Shown: positions 33,259 through 47,332 of the stretch, in pieces
Layout: every line of letters starts with the position of its first letter
How positions within the stretch are numbered: position 1 is the first letter of the stretch
Assembly: GCA_964016885.1 (NCBI GenBank)
Contig: OZ024746.1
Location: forward strand, 15,190,001 to 15,254,000
Reading direction: 5' to 3'
DNA from: Eledone cirrhosa
Taxonomy: Eukaryota
DNA: 64,000 nt
Position numbers and translations under genes: made by a program
Notes under the pieces: model-generated
Told to the model about the DNA's origin: nothing
Seen by the model: only the letters and a program-made list of their open reading frames with translations
The model's database searches: none

Positions 33259-33577
33259 AATTTCTGAATGTTTTCTCTTTCTTCCGATGTCACTTTTGAG
33301 ACGTTTAAACTTTACCCGGAAATGTTCGAGGGTATTAAGTACCGTGAATAGTATTCACCTGAATATATATATACATTATGTATATATATATATTTGTGTA
33401 TGTGTCAGTGCTTGTGTGTGTATATATATATAAATATATATACATACGCATACACATACACGCACACACACACATATATATGCTTATATATATATATATA
33501 TATATATTTGTGCATGTGTCAGTGTGTGTGTGTATATATGTATATACATGTCAGTATATATATATATATACTGACAC

Positions 33578-33622
<45 letters not shown>

Positions 33623-33719
33623 TACATATATATGCTTATATATATATATATATTTGTGCATGTGTCAGTGTGTGTGTGTATATATGTATATACATGTCAG
33701 TATATATATATATATAATG

Positions 33720-33787
<68 letters not shown>

Positions 33788-33994
33788 GTATGTATATATG
33801 TATGTATATATGTATGCATGTGTGTGATGTAAAATTAAAGATATGTAGGGATTAAAATATGGTGAAGATTTATTGACCTTCCCAATAATTAAGGTAAACA
33901 TTTCTCTGAAAATTAAGACACAAAGGCGTCATTATAATTCTATTAGTATCACAACAGTACAGTGACGTGTCAATTGTTATTTAAATCTAGATAC

Positions 33995-34026
33995 AAGTAC
34001 ACGTTTATTTATGTATAGGAGTATGA

Positions 34027-34117
<91 letters not shown>

Positions 34118-34195
34118 GTGTGTATATGTAACGATGTTACAATTCTTACAAAGTGCACGTTTATTTATTTATAAGTGTATATATATATCTGTATG

Positions 34196-34276
<81 letters not shown>

Positions 34277-34354
34277 GTGTGTATATGTAACGATGTTACA
34301 ATTCTTACAAAGTGCACGTTTATTTATTTATAAGTGTATATATATATCTGTATG

Positions 34355-34401
<47 letters not shown>

Positions 34402-34479
34402 GTGTGTATATGTAACGATGTTACAATTCTTACAAAGTGCACGTTTATTTATTTATAAGTGTATATATATATCTGTATG

Positions 34480-34520
<41 letters not shown>

Positions 34521-34640
34521 GTGTGTATATGTAACGATGTTACAATTCTTATATATATATATATATATACACACAGATATACAAAGTACACGTTTATTTA
34601 TTTATAAGTGTATATATATCTGTATGTCTATGTATATATC
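33995..34640. repeat. Tandem repeat of about 125-180 bp with a variable internal (TA)n
   Basis: GTAACGATGTTACAATTCTTACAAAGTGCACGTTTATTTATTTATAAG repeated 3-4 times. Confidence 0.85.
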
Positions 34641-35010
34641 TATATATATATCTATATAAACGAAGGAGTTGTGGTAAGGAACCAGATGGACCATAACGCA
34701 CCAGAGTACTCAATACTTAGGGTAATAGGAAAAAGTATGACCCCGACGGCAGAGCTCAAGCCGTTTCGACGGCTATTTATGGATTTTTTTTAGTCCAGAA
34801 ATAGCCGTCGAAACGGCTTGAGCTCTGCCGTCGGGGTCATACTTTTTCCTATATATATATATATATATATATATATTTCTAATGAAATCTTTACTGTCAA
34901 CATCTAAGAGTTATTGATACTACGAACGTGATATCATCTATCATTAGTCTTTAATATTTATATACAGTATATGATAGTATATTGTATTTATATATATAGA
35001 TATATATATA

Positions 35011-35880
35011 CGAGGTGTGTCAGAAAAGTTCCAGGACTGATGTCACAAAAGATTTATTTCAAACCCAAACTTCACACTAAGAGTTTACTCCTTCAAAGTA
35101 ATCCCCCTGGAGTCTAATGCACTTTTCCATCCTTTTCTGCCACGCTTGCATGCACTCCTGGAAGGATTCTTCCGGGATCCTCCGCAGTTCCGTCGTCACG
35201 GGCTTTTTGATGTCGTCCACGTCTTCAAAACGGGTCCCCTCCGGGTCGTACTCGAAGATCCATGACTCATCACCGGTGATGACTGTCCCTAGCAAGTCTG
35301 GTTCGGTTTCAAGACGCTCGAGGATGTCCTGGCACACTTGCATGCGTCGACCCTTCTGGTCATCGTTCAGCAGTTTTGGCACCATCTTCGCACAGACTTT
35401 CCGCATGTCCAAATCTTCAGTGAGAATCTTCCAGACGCTGTCCCGATTCATGCCCAGCTCATTTGCCATCAGTCGAACAGTCAGCCGACGATCGCTACGC
35501 ACCATCTGCCTGACGCGCTCAACGTTGACCTCAGTCCTGGTTGCTGAGGGCCTTCCGCTCCTGGGGCCATCCTGCACCACTCAAAAACACGTGATCTCCA
35601 TACACTTGCTGCAGCAATCCCAGTGCTTCTGACGGAGTTTTCCCCAACCGTACCAGAAACTTCAAGTTTGTTCGTTGCTCTGTGATCATTGCTTGACGAC
35701 CTGAAACAGAGGACATGTATATAAAATTATGAAGAAAAAAGTTTGATCGCTGCAGAGAGGTAAGATTACAGTTACATACTCCAGGGGGATTACTTTGAAG
35801 GAGAAAACTCTTAGTGTGAAGTTTGGGTTTGAAATAAATCTTTTGTGACATCAGTCCTGGAACTTTTCTGACACACCTCG
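35011..35880 (-). mobile_element. Internally deleted mariner transposon with about 100-bp TIRs and TA target duplication
   Basis: TA-CGAGGTGTGTCAGAAAAGTTCC...GGAACTTTTCTGACACACCTCG-TA; transposase motifs PRSGRP, KMVPKLL, ITGDESWIFEYDPE, C-terminal GDYFEG; second and third catalytic Asp regions are deleted. Confidence 0.93.
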
Positions 35881-36950
<1,070 letters not shown>

Positions 36951-37099
36951 CATACAGACATACAGAAGTGACGGACTCTAGAGAGAGCATTATGATTTCT
37001 AGCTACAAAAGAAAGTGCGCCCCCTGGGGCAATGTCTTCTCCATCCTGTTGGTCGGGACCCCGAGACACACTGTCACTTAATAATACATATATAGAGAG

Positions 37100-38325
37100 G
37101 AATTCTTTCTTTCTTTGCTTCGCCCACTTATTCCTGAGAGGGTCGTGGGAGGCAGAGTCCTCAAACACTCCTTCCAGCGGGTCCTCCTGTCAGAAGCAAC
37201 CGTCTCCAACTGATCTGGCTGGATCTCCAAGCGTGACCAACCAAGCTCATGGATGTTATCGAACCATCTTGCTCGGGGTCTACACCTGGGTCTGCTGCCG
37301 GTTGGTTTTTACCCGTAAAATCTGTCCAGTGATTCTATCCTGAGACATTCTAACTACATACCCATAGTATTAGAGCTGTGGTCTCTCGATTCGGGGAAGT
37401 ACATACCCATAGTATTAGAGCTGTGGTCTCTCGATTCGGGGAAGTACATACCCATAGTATTAGAGCTGTGGTCTCTCAATTCGGGGAAGTACATACCCAT
37501 AGTATTAGAGCTGTGGTCTCTCGATTCGGGGAAGTACATACCCATAGTATTAGAGCTGTGGCCTCTCGATTCGGGGAAGTACATACCCATAGTAGTAGAG
37601 CTGTGGCCTCTCGATTCGGGGAAGTACATACCCATAGTATTAGAGCTGTGGCCTCTCGATTCGGGGAAGTACATACCCATAGTATTAGAGCTGTGGCTTC
37701 TCGATTCGGGGAAGTACATACCCATAGTATTAGAGCTGTGGTCTCTCGATTCGGGGAAGTACATACCCATAGTATTAGAGCTGTGGCCTCTCGATTCGGG
37801 GAAGTACATACCCATAGTATTAGAGCTGTGGCCTCTCGATTCGGGGAAGTACATACCCATAGTATTAGAGCTGTGGTCTCTCGATTCGGGGAAGTACATA
37901 CCCATAGTATTAGAGCTGTGGTCTCTCGATTCGGGGAAGTACATACCCATAGTATTAGAGCTGTGGTCTCTCGATTCGGGGAAGTACATACCCATAGTAT
38001 TAGAGCTGTGGTCTCTCGATTCGGGGAAGTACATACCCATAGTATTAGAGCTGTGGTCTCTCGATTCGGGGAAGTACATACCCATAGTATTAGAGCTGTG
38101 GTCTCTCGATTCGGGGAAGTACATACCCATAGTATTAGAGCTGTGGTCTCTCGATTCGGGGAAGTACATACCCATAGTATTAGAGCTGTGGCCTCTCGAT
38201 TCGGGGAAGTAGCGGCTCTACATGGAGTGACTCTCTGATCTCCGAGCTACGTATTTTATCGAGTAACATTACTCCAAAGACCCTCCTGAAGAATCCCATT
38301 TCGGCCGCTTGTATTCGCGATCGAG
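37100..38325 (-). mobile_element. RTE-like LINE 3' fragment whose coding sequence contains an expanded 45-bp tandem array; same family at about 32430-32480 and 63060-63300
   Basis: Flanks match the 63056-63265 copy (PLLPRIERSQLRYYGHVARMSQERIAG..TGRRPRGR). Confidence 0.8.
37355..38211. repeat. 45-bp minisatellite, about 19 copies (ACATACCCATAGTATTAGAGCTGTGGTCTCTCGATTCGGGGAAGT)
   Basis: Read directly. Confidence 0.97.
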
Positions 38326-38644
38326 AGAAATGATTTCCCCAATTCCCAGTTACTATCTTAGTTGGTATTTAAATGATGAATTTAACAAAAGAGTCTTACA
38401 TATTTTTACTGTTTCATTTATGGATTGACATCTTAGGCTACGAGTGAAACAGTCAAGTATAATTCCCAAATGACATCTTGTCAACATTGTAGCGTTTCCA
38501 GACTATTTCTTAATCACTCTTCTAAGCCAAGTTCTCTAAAGGTTATTTTTATAAATATAAATTCATAAATTCGCTAGAGAAGGTATGCTTTGAAGCAGTT
38601 GACTATATATAGAATGAAATGCTGGTAAATAATTATTAATACGC

Positions 38645-38676
<32 letters not shown>

Positions 38677-39124
38677 CCACACATACAAATAAACACATAC
38701 ACATAAACACACACACATACATATATACACAGACAAACATATACAGAGCGTTTAAAGAAAATTAGATATCATTTGAGATGTAAATATTCCAGAAATCGTT
38801 CATAGAATCCTCATAGCTTTGAATTTCTCAGTCAAATTTTGAGGAATAAATGTTATGTTGCTTAACATTAAGCCTGTCTCGTTGTCCCAGACTTTGTAGT
38901 TTCTGGGATTTTTTCCTCTCAAATGATATCAATGTATATAGTAATAATAATAAATGTGAAGACTAAAATCTGAAGAGGGCTCGATAAGGATAATATATAT
39001 ATAAAATATATAAAACCGTAGAGCAAATATTTATTAAAATAACAGATTAAAGTTTAAGCAAAGAATCGCTGCTTTTAAGGGTGAAAGCATCGATTCTTTG
39101 CTTAAACTTTAATCTGTTACTTTA

Positions 39125-39227
<103 letters not shown>

Positions 39228-39313
39228 AGTTAAACAAGATTCAATGAGTATATCAAATAATGAGTTTTACAGTAGATTGAAAGCACTCTACGAAAAATAA
39301 TTTTCCAGAGTTA

Positions 39314-39374
39314 TTATATTTTGTCTGATGAGGACGTACTGTTGTACCTCCGAAATATGTATAATAAAATGTAA
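39314..39374 (+). ncRNA. Type I hammerhead ribozyme (family B, second copy)
   Basis: 11-bp helix I with two G-U pairs (TTATATTTTGT/ATAAAATGTAA), CTGATGA at 39325, helix II GGAcGTAC-TGTT-GTACcTCC, GAAA at 39352, AUA triplet. Confidence 0.75.
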
Positions 39375-39436
39375 TTGACCAAAATAACATCTATTTTATT
39401 AATATTTGTATTTTAATATATATATATATATATTGT

Positions 39437-39496
<60 letters not shown>

Positions 39497-39603
39497 AAAA
39501 AGGGAAAAGAATGACTTCATCTGTAGTTCTAAATAATTTGATTTAATTTTATAATATTATAATATTATAATATTATGAGTTGGTAGATCTAGTAAGTTCT
39601 TTG

Positions 39604-39651
<48 letters not shown>

Positions 39652-39748
39652 CAAAGAACTTACTAGATCTACCAACTCATAATATTATAATATTATAAAA
39701 TTAAATCAAATTATTTAGAACTACAAATGAAGTCATTCTTTTCCCTTT

Positions 39749-39828
<80 letters not shown>

Positions 39829-40479
39829 ACATAATACGTTCTCCAGTCATGATTGGTGAAGACCCCGTACTTGGTAAAATCACCAACTGCTTTAGTTGTT
39901 ACTATCAAAAGTCTCCCCCAAATCTGGTCAAAAATGTAACTGAAAACGGAACGATTGTCTCAGATGTTAGAAATATTTCTATGGGAATATTTCAAGAAAA
40001 CAGTCTGTGCTTCTGTTTATTTATATTCTGGTTATTAATTAATCCAGGGCGGTGGATTGGCAGTATCAGTAGAGGGTCGGACGCCATACTTAGCAGCATA
40101 GAGTTACGGCCCTTTATGATCTGAGTTCAAATCCCGCCGAGGATAACTTTGCCGTTCATCCTTACGAGGTCGATAAAATAAAGTACCAGTCATGCACTGG
40201 TTCGATTTAATCGACCCCCCAAAAAATTGCTGGCCTTGTGTCTATTTAAGAAACCATTAATTAATCCAATGCGAATTAACAGAATCGGTAGAGCTTTGCG
40301 GCATAGAGTTACGTCTCTTTACGTGCTGAATTCAAATCCCGCCGATGTTGGATTTGCCTTTCATTCTTATGGGGGTCGATAAAATAAAGTACCAGTAACA
40401 CACTAGGGTCGATTCAATCACCCCCCTCCCAAATTGTTGGCCTTGTACCTAAATCAGAAATAATTAATTAATCCAATGG

Positions 40480-40688
40480 TTATACGTGGGGTCTACAACA
40501 ATAAGGTATACCAGTGGTATACGTGGGGTCTACAGCAGTGAGGTATACCAGTGGTAATGCGTAGCGTCTACAACAGTGTAGTATACCAGTGGTATACGTG
40601 AATTCTACAACAGTAAGGTATACCAGTGGTATACGTGGGTTCTACAACAGTAAGGTATACTAGTGGTATACGTGGGTTCTACAGCAGA
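40480..40688. repeat. About 36-bp minisatellite (GTGGTATACGTGGGGTCTACAACAGTAAGGTATACCA), about 6 copies
   Basis: Read directly. Confidence 0.85.
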
Positions 40689-41410
40689 CTAATCTATATT
40701 TTCGTCGTGGATGATCCAAAGATTCAAAGATCCGTCCTAGAATTTTGTGTGTTTTATTAAAAGTCTACAGCGATATAAATGGGACATTAAATGTAAAATA
40801 ATATAACAAAGATGGTGGCATGTTACTCCAGTTCTTAAAGTTTTAATGAAGGGATTTTTATGTTTTTGTATGTTTAATCCGGTAGCCTACAATTTTTACA
40901 TTCGCTCCGTCAAATAAGATTTTTTACATTTAATCCGGCACAGAAGATCCCGTTAAGGGTGAAAGCAGCGATTCTTTGCTTAAACTTTAATCTGTTATTT
41001 TAATAAATATATATATATATATATTTAATACAATAACAGAGATAGCTTAAAGCTAAACTCTGACTGGTAACCATCTCACTCAACAAACATTAGGTTATAT
41101 GTTAGTATAAACCCAATTTAAGTGTTTGGGGTGCTAACTATATGTATTATGTGGAAAGCCAGTTGTATTATTTTATGAGATATAATTAAAGTTAAAATAT
41201 ATCTCTCTTTCCAAACAATTGTTTCATGATAAGTTTTCTACAAATTAGGAGAATGTTTCCAGTTTATGTAGAAGCCTAACATATATTCATGTAAGAATAT
41301 ATTTAGGTGGGTACTTATAAATCATCAGTGGAAGCCCATTAAACTTTGATATAAGAAAATATTCTTACCGCAGTTAAAAATCGTGTCTGCTAATATATAT
41401 ATGTATATGT

Positions 41411-41506
<96 letters not shown>

Positions 41507-41615
41507 ACATATACATATATATATTAGCAGACACGATTTTGTATGTTTAATCCGGTAGCCTACAATTTTTACATTCGTATGTATATATATGTATGTATAT
41601 ATATATATATGTATA

Positions 41616-41656
<41 letters not shown>

Positions 41657-42154
41657 TAAATCGACTTTCTACGATTTCTGCATTCAGTACAGCACTCTGT
41701 AAGATCTACATTCAATCCGGCAATCTGCGTTTTCTACATTTAATCCGGCACTCTGTCATATATATATATATATAGGAAAAGAGTCAGAACCCCGACGGCA
41801 GAGCTCAAGCCGTTTCGACAGCTATTTCTGGTCCAGAAATAGCTGTAGAAACGGCTTGAGCTCTGCCGTCGGTGAACTCTCTATCTATCTCTCTCTCTCT
41901 CTCTCTGGCTCTCTCTCTCTCCCCCTCTCTCTCTCTATATATATATATATTTCGTTTCTGAATTTGTTTAGCAAGATTCTTTATCTGAAAACGTGTGTTG
42001 AAACCGATATTGTTATACTTTGGGAGGGTTATGTTGCCAATAAGAAACACACGCACCAGTTGCTTTCACTCCAATTTATTATAAATTAAATTTATAAATT
42101 TATAAATTTCCCGTTGGTTGGTTGGTTCCACAACCGGACGGTTGTTCATATATT

Positions 42155-42197
42155 GTCAAAGTTCTTTCGTCACACATTCTGTGACCTCTTCAGTGAC
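42155..42197 (-). ncRNA. Type I hammerhead ribozyme (family A); core-mutated copy at 46767-46809 (+)
   Basis: Minus strand GTCA-CTGAAGA-G-GTCACA GAATG TGTGAC-GAAA-GAAC-TT-TGAC: helix I GUCA/UGAC, 6-bp helix II, minimal helix III, CUU triplet. Confidence 0.72.
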
Positions 42198-42258
42198 TGG
42201 GGATTCTTTTCTTTGTTTTTGTGCCTCTCCTTTGTTCTGTTCTACGCCATCTTGTTTT

Positions 42259-42309
<51 letters not shown>

Positions 42310-42985
42310 ATTTGAATGGATACAGTTTAGTTGAAAGGAATTTATTGACACGTGTTTCTATAACAGTTACATAACTGAAAACAGCTGCTATCTACAAAGT
42401 ATTAGTTATGCAGACAATCAATATTTCAATGTTATTATTTACTGTCATTTCATCAGAATAATATTACTGAGGACCTGTTTGGTTTTTATAGAGAATATTA
42501 GGAGAGAGGGGTGAAGTTGTTAGAAGAATAGTTGAGGGAGTGGTTTTTTGATAGCAGTGAGAATTTTTGGTGGCAGTGAGTAATTAGATTCCCATCTGTT
42601 GTTTTGACATTTTTATAGAATATATTATTGGTTATTTTTATAAATCTATAGAGGGATTAGAGATAGTAAAGATATGCGTGGTTGGTTTTGTGTTTGCACT
42701 TAATTAACATTCAGACTTAAATTTTTTCTTTCCAGTGTACGTATCCTTTCACCCACGCATTCTCACACAAACATATTTGCACCCCTCTACAAAATACATA
42801 TACTCACATTCACATAGTAACATGTTCATACTTACATACATATACACATGCATACATATATATATACACACATGTATTCATGTACATACATACGCGTTCA
42901 TGTGTGTACATTTTCATACTCAACTTATCTTTATATACACACGTATAGACACACACATATATACATACATACTCTAGTCTATGTG

Positions 42986-43041
<56 letters not shown>

Positions 43042-43240
43042 CACTTTAATACATGAATACACTTACATCTAACTATACACATCAAACATATATATATATT
43101 TACTTATTTATATACATTTTCACATATATATACATACTTATGGTCGCTTTTAGACACATTCATTATCGCATTTTTGCACCTATTCTCATCAGCATATCTT
43201 TCCATTATTAGTGTGGTAATTTGAGGTTATTAATATACAT

Positions 43241-44580
43241 AAGGCTTTTAATTCTGTGCCACACAAAAGACTTATGGCAAAACTCTCTGCAATGGGTGTG
43301 AGGGATGATCTTTTCGACTGGCTGAAATCCTTCATTCTCAGCCGAAAGGAAGTAGTCACGGTTCTAGGACAGCATTCTTCACCATATGAGATGTCATCTG
43401 GTGTACCACAGGGATCTGTTCTTGGTCCTCTTTTGTTTGTGTCATATATTAATGATATAGATGCCAACTTACAGAATGCCACGGTACTAAAATATGCAGA
43501 TGACATCAAGCTGTACCTTGAAATCAAAAGGACTGATCCTGAAATTTACAACTCTTTCCTACAATCAGACCTGGACACAATGCAGCAATGGATCACAGAC
43601 TGGCAACTGAAGCTGGCTGTGGACAAGTGTACCACCATGCATTTTGGAAGGAAAAATCCAGCGTCCACATACTCCCTCCACAACACTGACATCAAAAAGT
43701 CCTCTTGTGAACGTGACCTGGGCATTACTGTCAGCAACGATTTGCGTTGGACAAAGCATGTCTCTAAGATTGTCAAGAAGGCCGAGGGTGTCTTGGCATC
43801 ACTCAGCAAGACCTTTGTTAGCCGCTCTCCAGCCATCTATTTAAAACTGTATACAGCTATGGTGCAACCACACTTGGAATTCGCATCATCAGTCTGGAAC
43901 CCCTATCTTGCTCGGAACATTGACCTCCTGGAAACTGTTCAGAGACGTGCAACCAAGCGCATACCCTCCATCAGACACCTACCATACTCTGAACGCCTTG
44001 CTTCCCTGGGCATGGATTCATTGAAGCTCCGACGTCTAGCAATGGACTTGGTGAATACCCACAAAGTTTTTAACCATCTCGCCAACTGCAACCCTGAGCG
44101 CCTCTTTGATCTCCATGTGTCTAACACACGTGGACATGCCTACAAGATAAGAAAACAGCACAGCTCCCATGACTTTCGCAGACATTTTTTCACGCTCAGA
44201 GTTGCTGAAGCATGGAACAAACTGCCTGCGTCAATTGTTAGCTGCCGAGACACTGCATCCTTTAAGACACTCATGCTTCCCGAAATACGCCAAAACTACA
44301 CCTGATGTACCCCTTCCATACACATGCACACATGTGTGTATCATGACTCGTGCACTGTTCATTTTACTGATGTTTGTGCATTGCCCTATGTACTGTACAT
44401 GCACTTTTTTGATGAGTTGTGGTGCACCTGGGCACTGTACACAATATTTCATTATTGTTATTGTTATTATATCATGACTCATACACTGTTCATTTTCCTG
44501 ACATTTGTACATTATTCTATGTACTATACATGCACCTTTGATGAGTTGTAGTGCACCTGAGCACTGTACACAATAATTTC

Positions 44581-44605
<25 letters not shown>
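43241..44605 (+). mobile_element. 5'-truncated CR1/L2-group LINE: RT C-terminal ORF to 44305, duplicated 3' UTR, (ATT)n tail
   Basis: KAF(N)SVPH, GVPQGSVLGPLLF..YIND, KYADDIK, ERDLG, VQRRATK, TRGH, WNKLP; about 350 uninterrupted codons. Confidence 0.93.
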
Positions 44606-44612
<7 letters not shown>

Positions 44613-44683
44613 GTTGAGAAGAAATTGTTTTTATATTTTTATAACTAGATTGAGGTTTATATAGTTGGGGGGATGTCCCTCTT

Positions 44684-45015
44684 TTATGTAATATTCGGCT
44701 TGTAGTGGGAAAAAAGGGTTTTAGTTCGGTGACGGCAAAATAATGTTCGTTCAATTCTGTTATTCAGCAATTTCTTCTTGTGTGTGATTATGTAATAAAT
44801 CTCAAGATTACACAATTTGCAGAAATTTTGGCTCCTGGAAAAGCTTTGGGTTTTAGCTAATTTCTCCCATTTTAGGGTAAACTTTTGATCGCTATCCCTG
44901 AGCGTCCAAGCTTTTTCTGCTAAAGTTGTTACATTTCTTTGGCTCTGGTGTTTTATTGAGTAAGAATGCCTATATAATCGAGATTTAAACGATGTTGCCG
45001 TTGATCCCACGTAAT
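44684..45015 (-). pseudogene. GIY-YIG endonuclease C-terminal fragment of a Penelope-like element
   Basis: YYVGST..FKSR..H..S..T.L...W.L.....LKW..C.LC..E...I.....LLN.R.E...CRH matches the Neptune-type PLE endonuclease signature. Confidence 0.82.
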
Positions 45016-45366
45016 ACCACTCCCTCAACTATTCTTCTAACAACTTCACCCCTCTCTCCTAATATTCTCTATAAAAACCAAACAGGTCCTCAGTAATATT
45101 ATTCTGATGAAATGACAGTAAATAATAACATTGAAATATTGATTGTCTGCATAACTAATACTTTGTAGATAGCAGCTGTTTTCAGGTTATGTAACTGTTA
45201 TAGAAACACGTGTCAATAAATTCCTTTCAACTAAACTGTATCCATTCAAATCTTTCTATTTTTCTCCGGATTACTTTTGGAATTTCAACTGGAACCGTCG
45301 AGCAAACTCTACGTGAGCTGTCAATCTACTGTGTGTAATATTTATATTACAACACAACGGAAAATA

Positions 45367-45434
<68 letters not shown>

Positions 45435-45450
45435 TACGCCATCTTGTTTT

Positions 45451-45521
<71 letters not shown>

Positions 45522-45587
45522 GTATATATATAAATTTTCTTGGTGAACTCTCTATCTCTCTCTCTCTCTCTGGCTTTCTCTCTCTCC

Positions 45588-45644
<57 letters not shown>

Positions 45645-45883
45645 GATACAGAGTTTACCTGAAAATTTATACACTCTTCAGGAAAAGAAATACCTGTATA
45701 AATATTTAACTTATTTAAATGCCTCTATAAATATAAATACCTCTTTCAAAGGTTTAATCAAATGACGATAACACTGTGTACTGTAGTTAATTAGTATTAA
45801 AATATTTTATTCCTGTGTGTGTACATTTTATTGGCGGACTCTGTATGTATATATATATATATATATATATAAATTTTCTTGGC

Positions 45884-46073
<190 letters not shown>

Positions 46074-46476
46074 TAACGAAGGAAATGTGGTAAGGAACCA
46101 GGTGGACCATAACGAACCAAAGTACTCAATACTTAGGGTAGTAGAGTGGGTAATAGGAACGAGTAGGAGCCCGACGGCTGAGCTCAAGCCGTTTCGACGT
46201 CCAGAATTAGCCGTCGAAACGGCTTCAGCTCAGCCGTCGGGGTCCTACTCGTTCCTATATATATATATATATATATACATACAGAGTCCGTCAATAAAAT
46301 GTACACACACAGGAATAAAATATTTTAATACTAATTAACTACAGTACACAGTGTTATCGTCATTTGATTAAACCTTTGAAAGAGGTATTTATATTTATAG
46401 AGGTATTTAAATAAGTTAAATATTTATACAGGTTTTTCTTTTCCTGAAGAGTGTATAAATTTTCAGGTAAACTCTG

Positions 46477-46658
<182 letters not shown>

Positions 46659-46671
46659 GTTCGCCAAGAAA

Positions 46672-46702
<31 letters not shown>

Positions 46703-47296
46703 CAAAAACAAGATGACATAGGACAGAGCAAAGGAGAGGCACAAAAAACAAAGAAAAGAATCCCCAGTCAATGAAGCGGTCACAGAATGTGTGACGAAAG
46801 AACTTTGACAATATATGAACAACCGTCCGGTTGTGGAACCAACCAGCCAACCGGAAATTTATTAATTTATAAATTTAAACAGCTGAGTGGTAAGAGAATT
46901 GGATTCTCAATCGTGAGGTTATGAGTTCTATTCTTGGACTGGGCGATGCGTTATGTCCTTGAGCAAGACACTTTATTTCACGTTGCTCCAGTTTACTCAG
47001 CTGTAGAAATGAGTTGTGACGTCACTGATGCCAAGCTGTATCAGCCATTGCCTTTCCCTTGGACAACGTTGGAGGCGTGGAGAGGAGAGGCTGGTATGCA
47101 TGGGTGACTACTGGTCTTCCACAGACAACCTTGCTCGGACTTGTGCCTCGGAGGGGGAACTTTCTAGATGCAAGACCCGTGGTCATTCATAGCCTAAAAA
47201 GGTCTTTGCGTTGCCTTTATATATATGTATATAGACATATACACACACATATATGTATATATATATATATATATACTTACACATACATGTATGCAA

Positions 47297-47332
<36 letters not shown>

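Larger units (their letters stand above)
42306..45370 (-). mobile_element. 5'-truncated Penelope-like retroelement (Neptune-like GIY-YIG C-terminus) with inverted pseudo-LTR, interrupted by a LINE
   Basis: GIY-YIG C-terminal ORF 44684-45015; 42306-42544 is the reverse complement of 45016-45255; CTGATGA-AATG..CATT-GAAA in the repeat; flanked by (TA)n. Confidence 0.82.

Noticed and set aside
37354-38238. 273-aa and 286-aa repeat-protein ORFs
   Set aside because: Open only because the 45-bp unit lacks stops; neither is the LINE's frame and there are no gene signals
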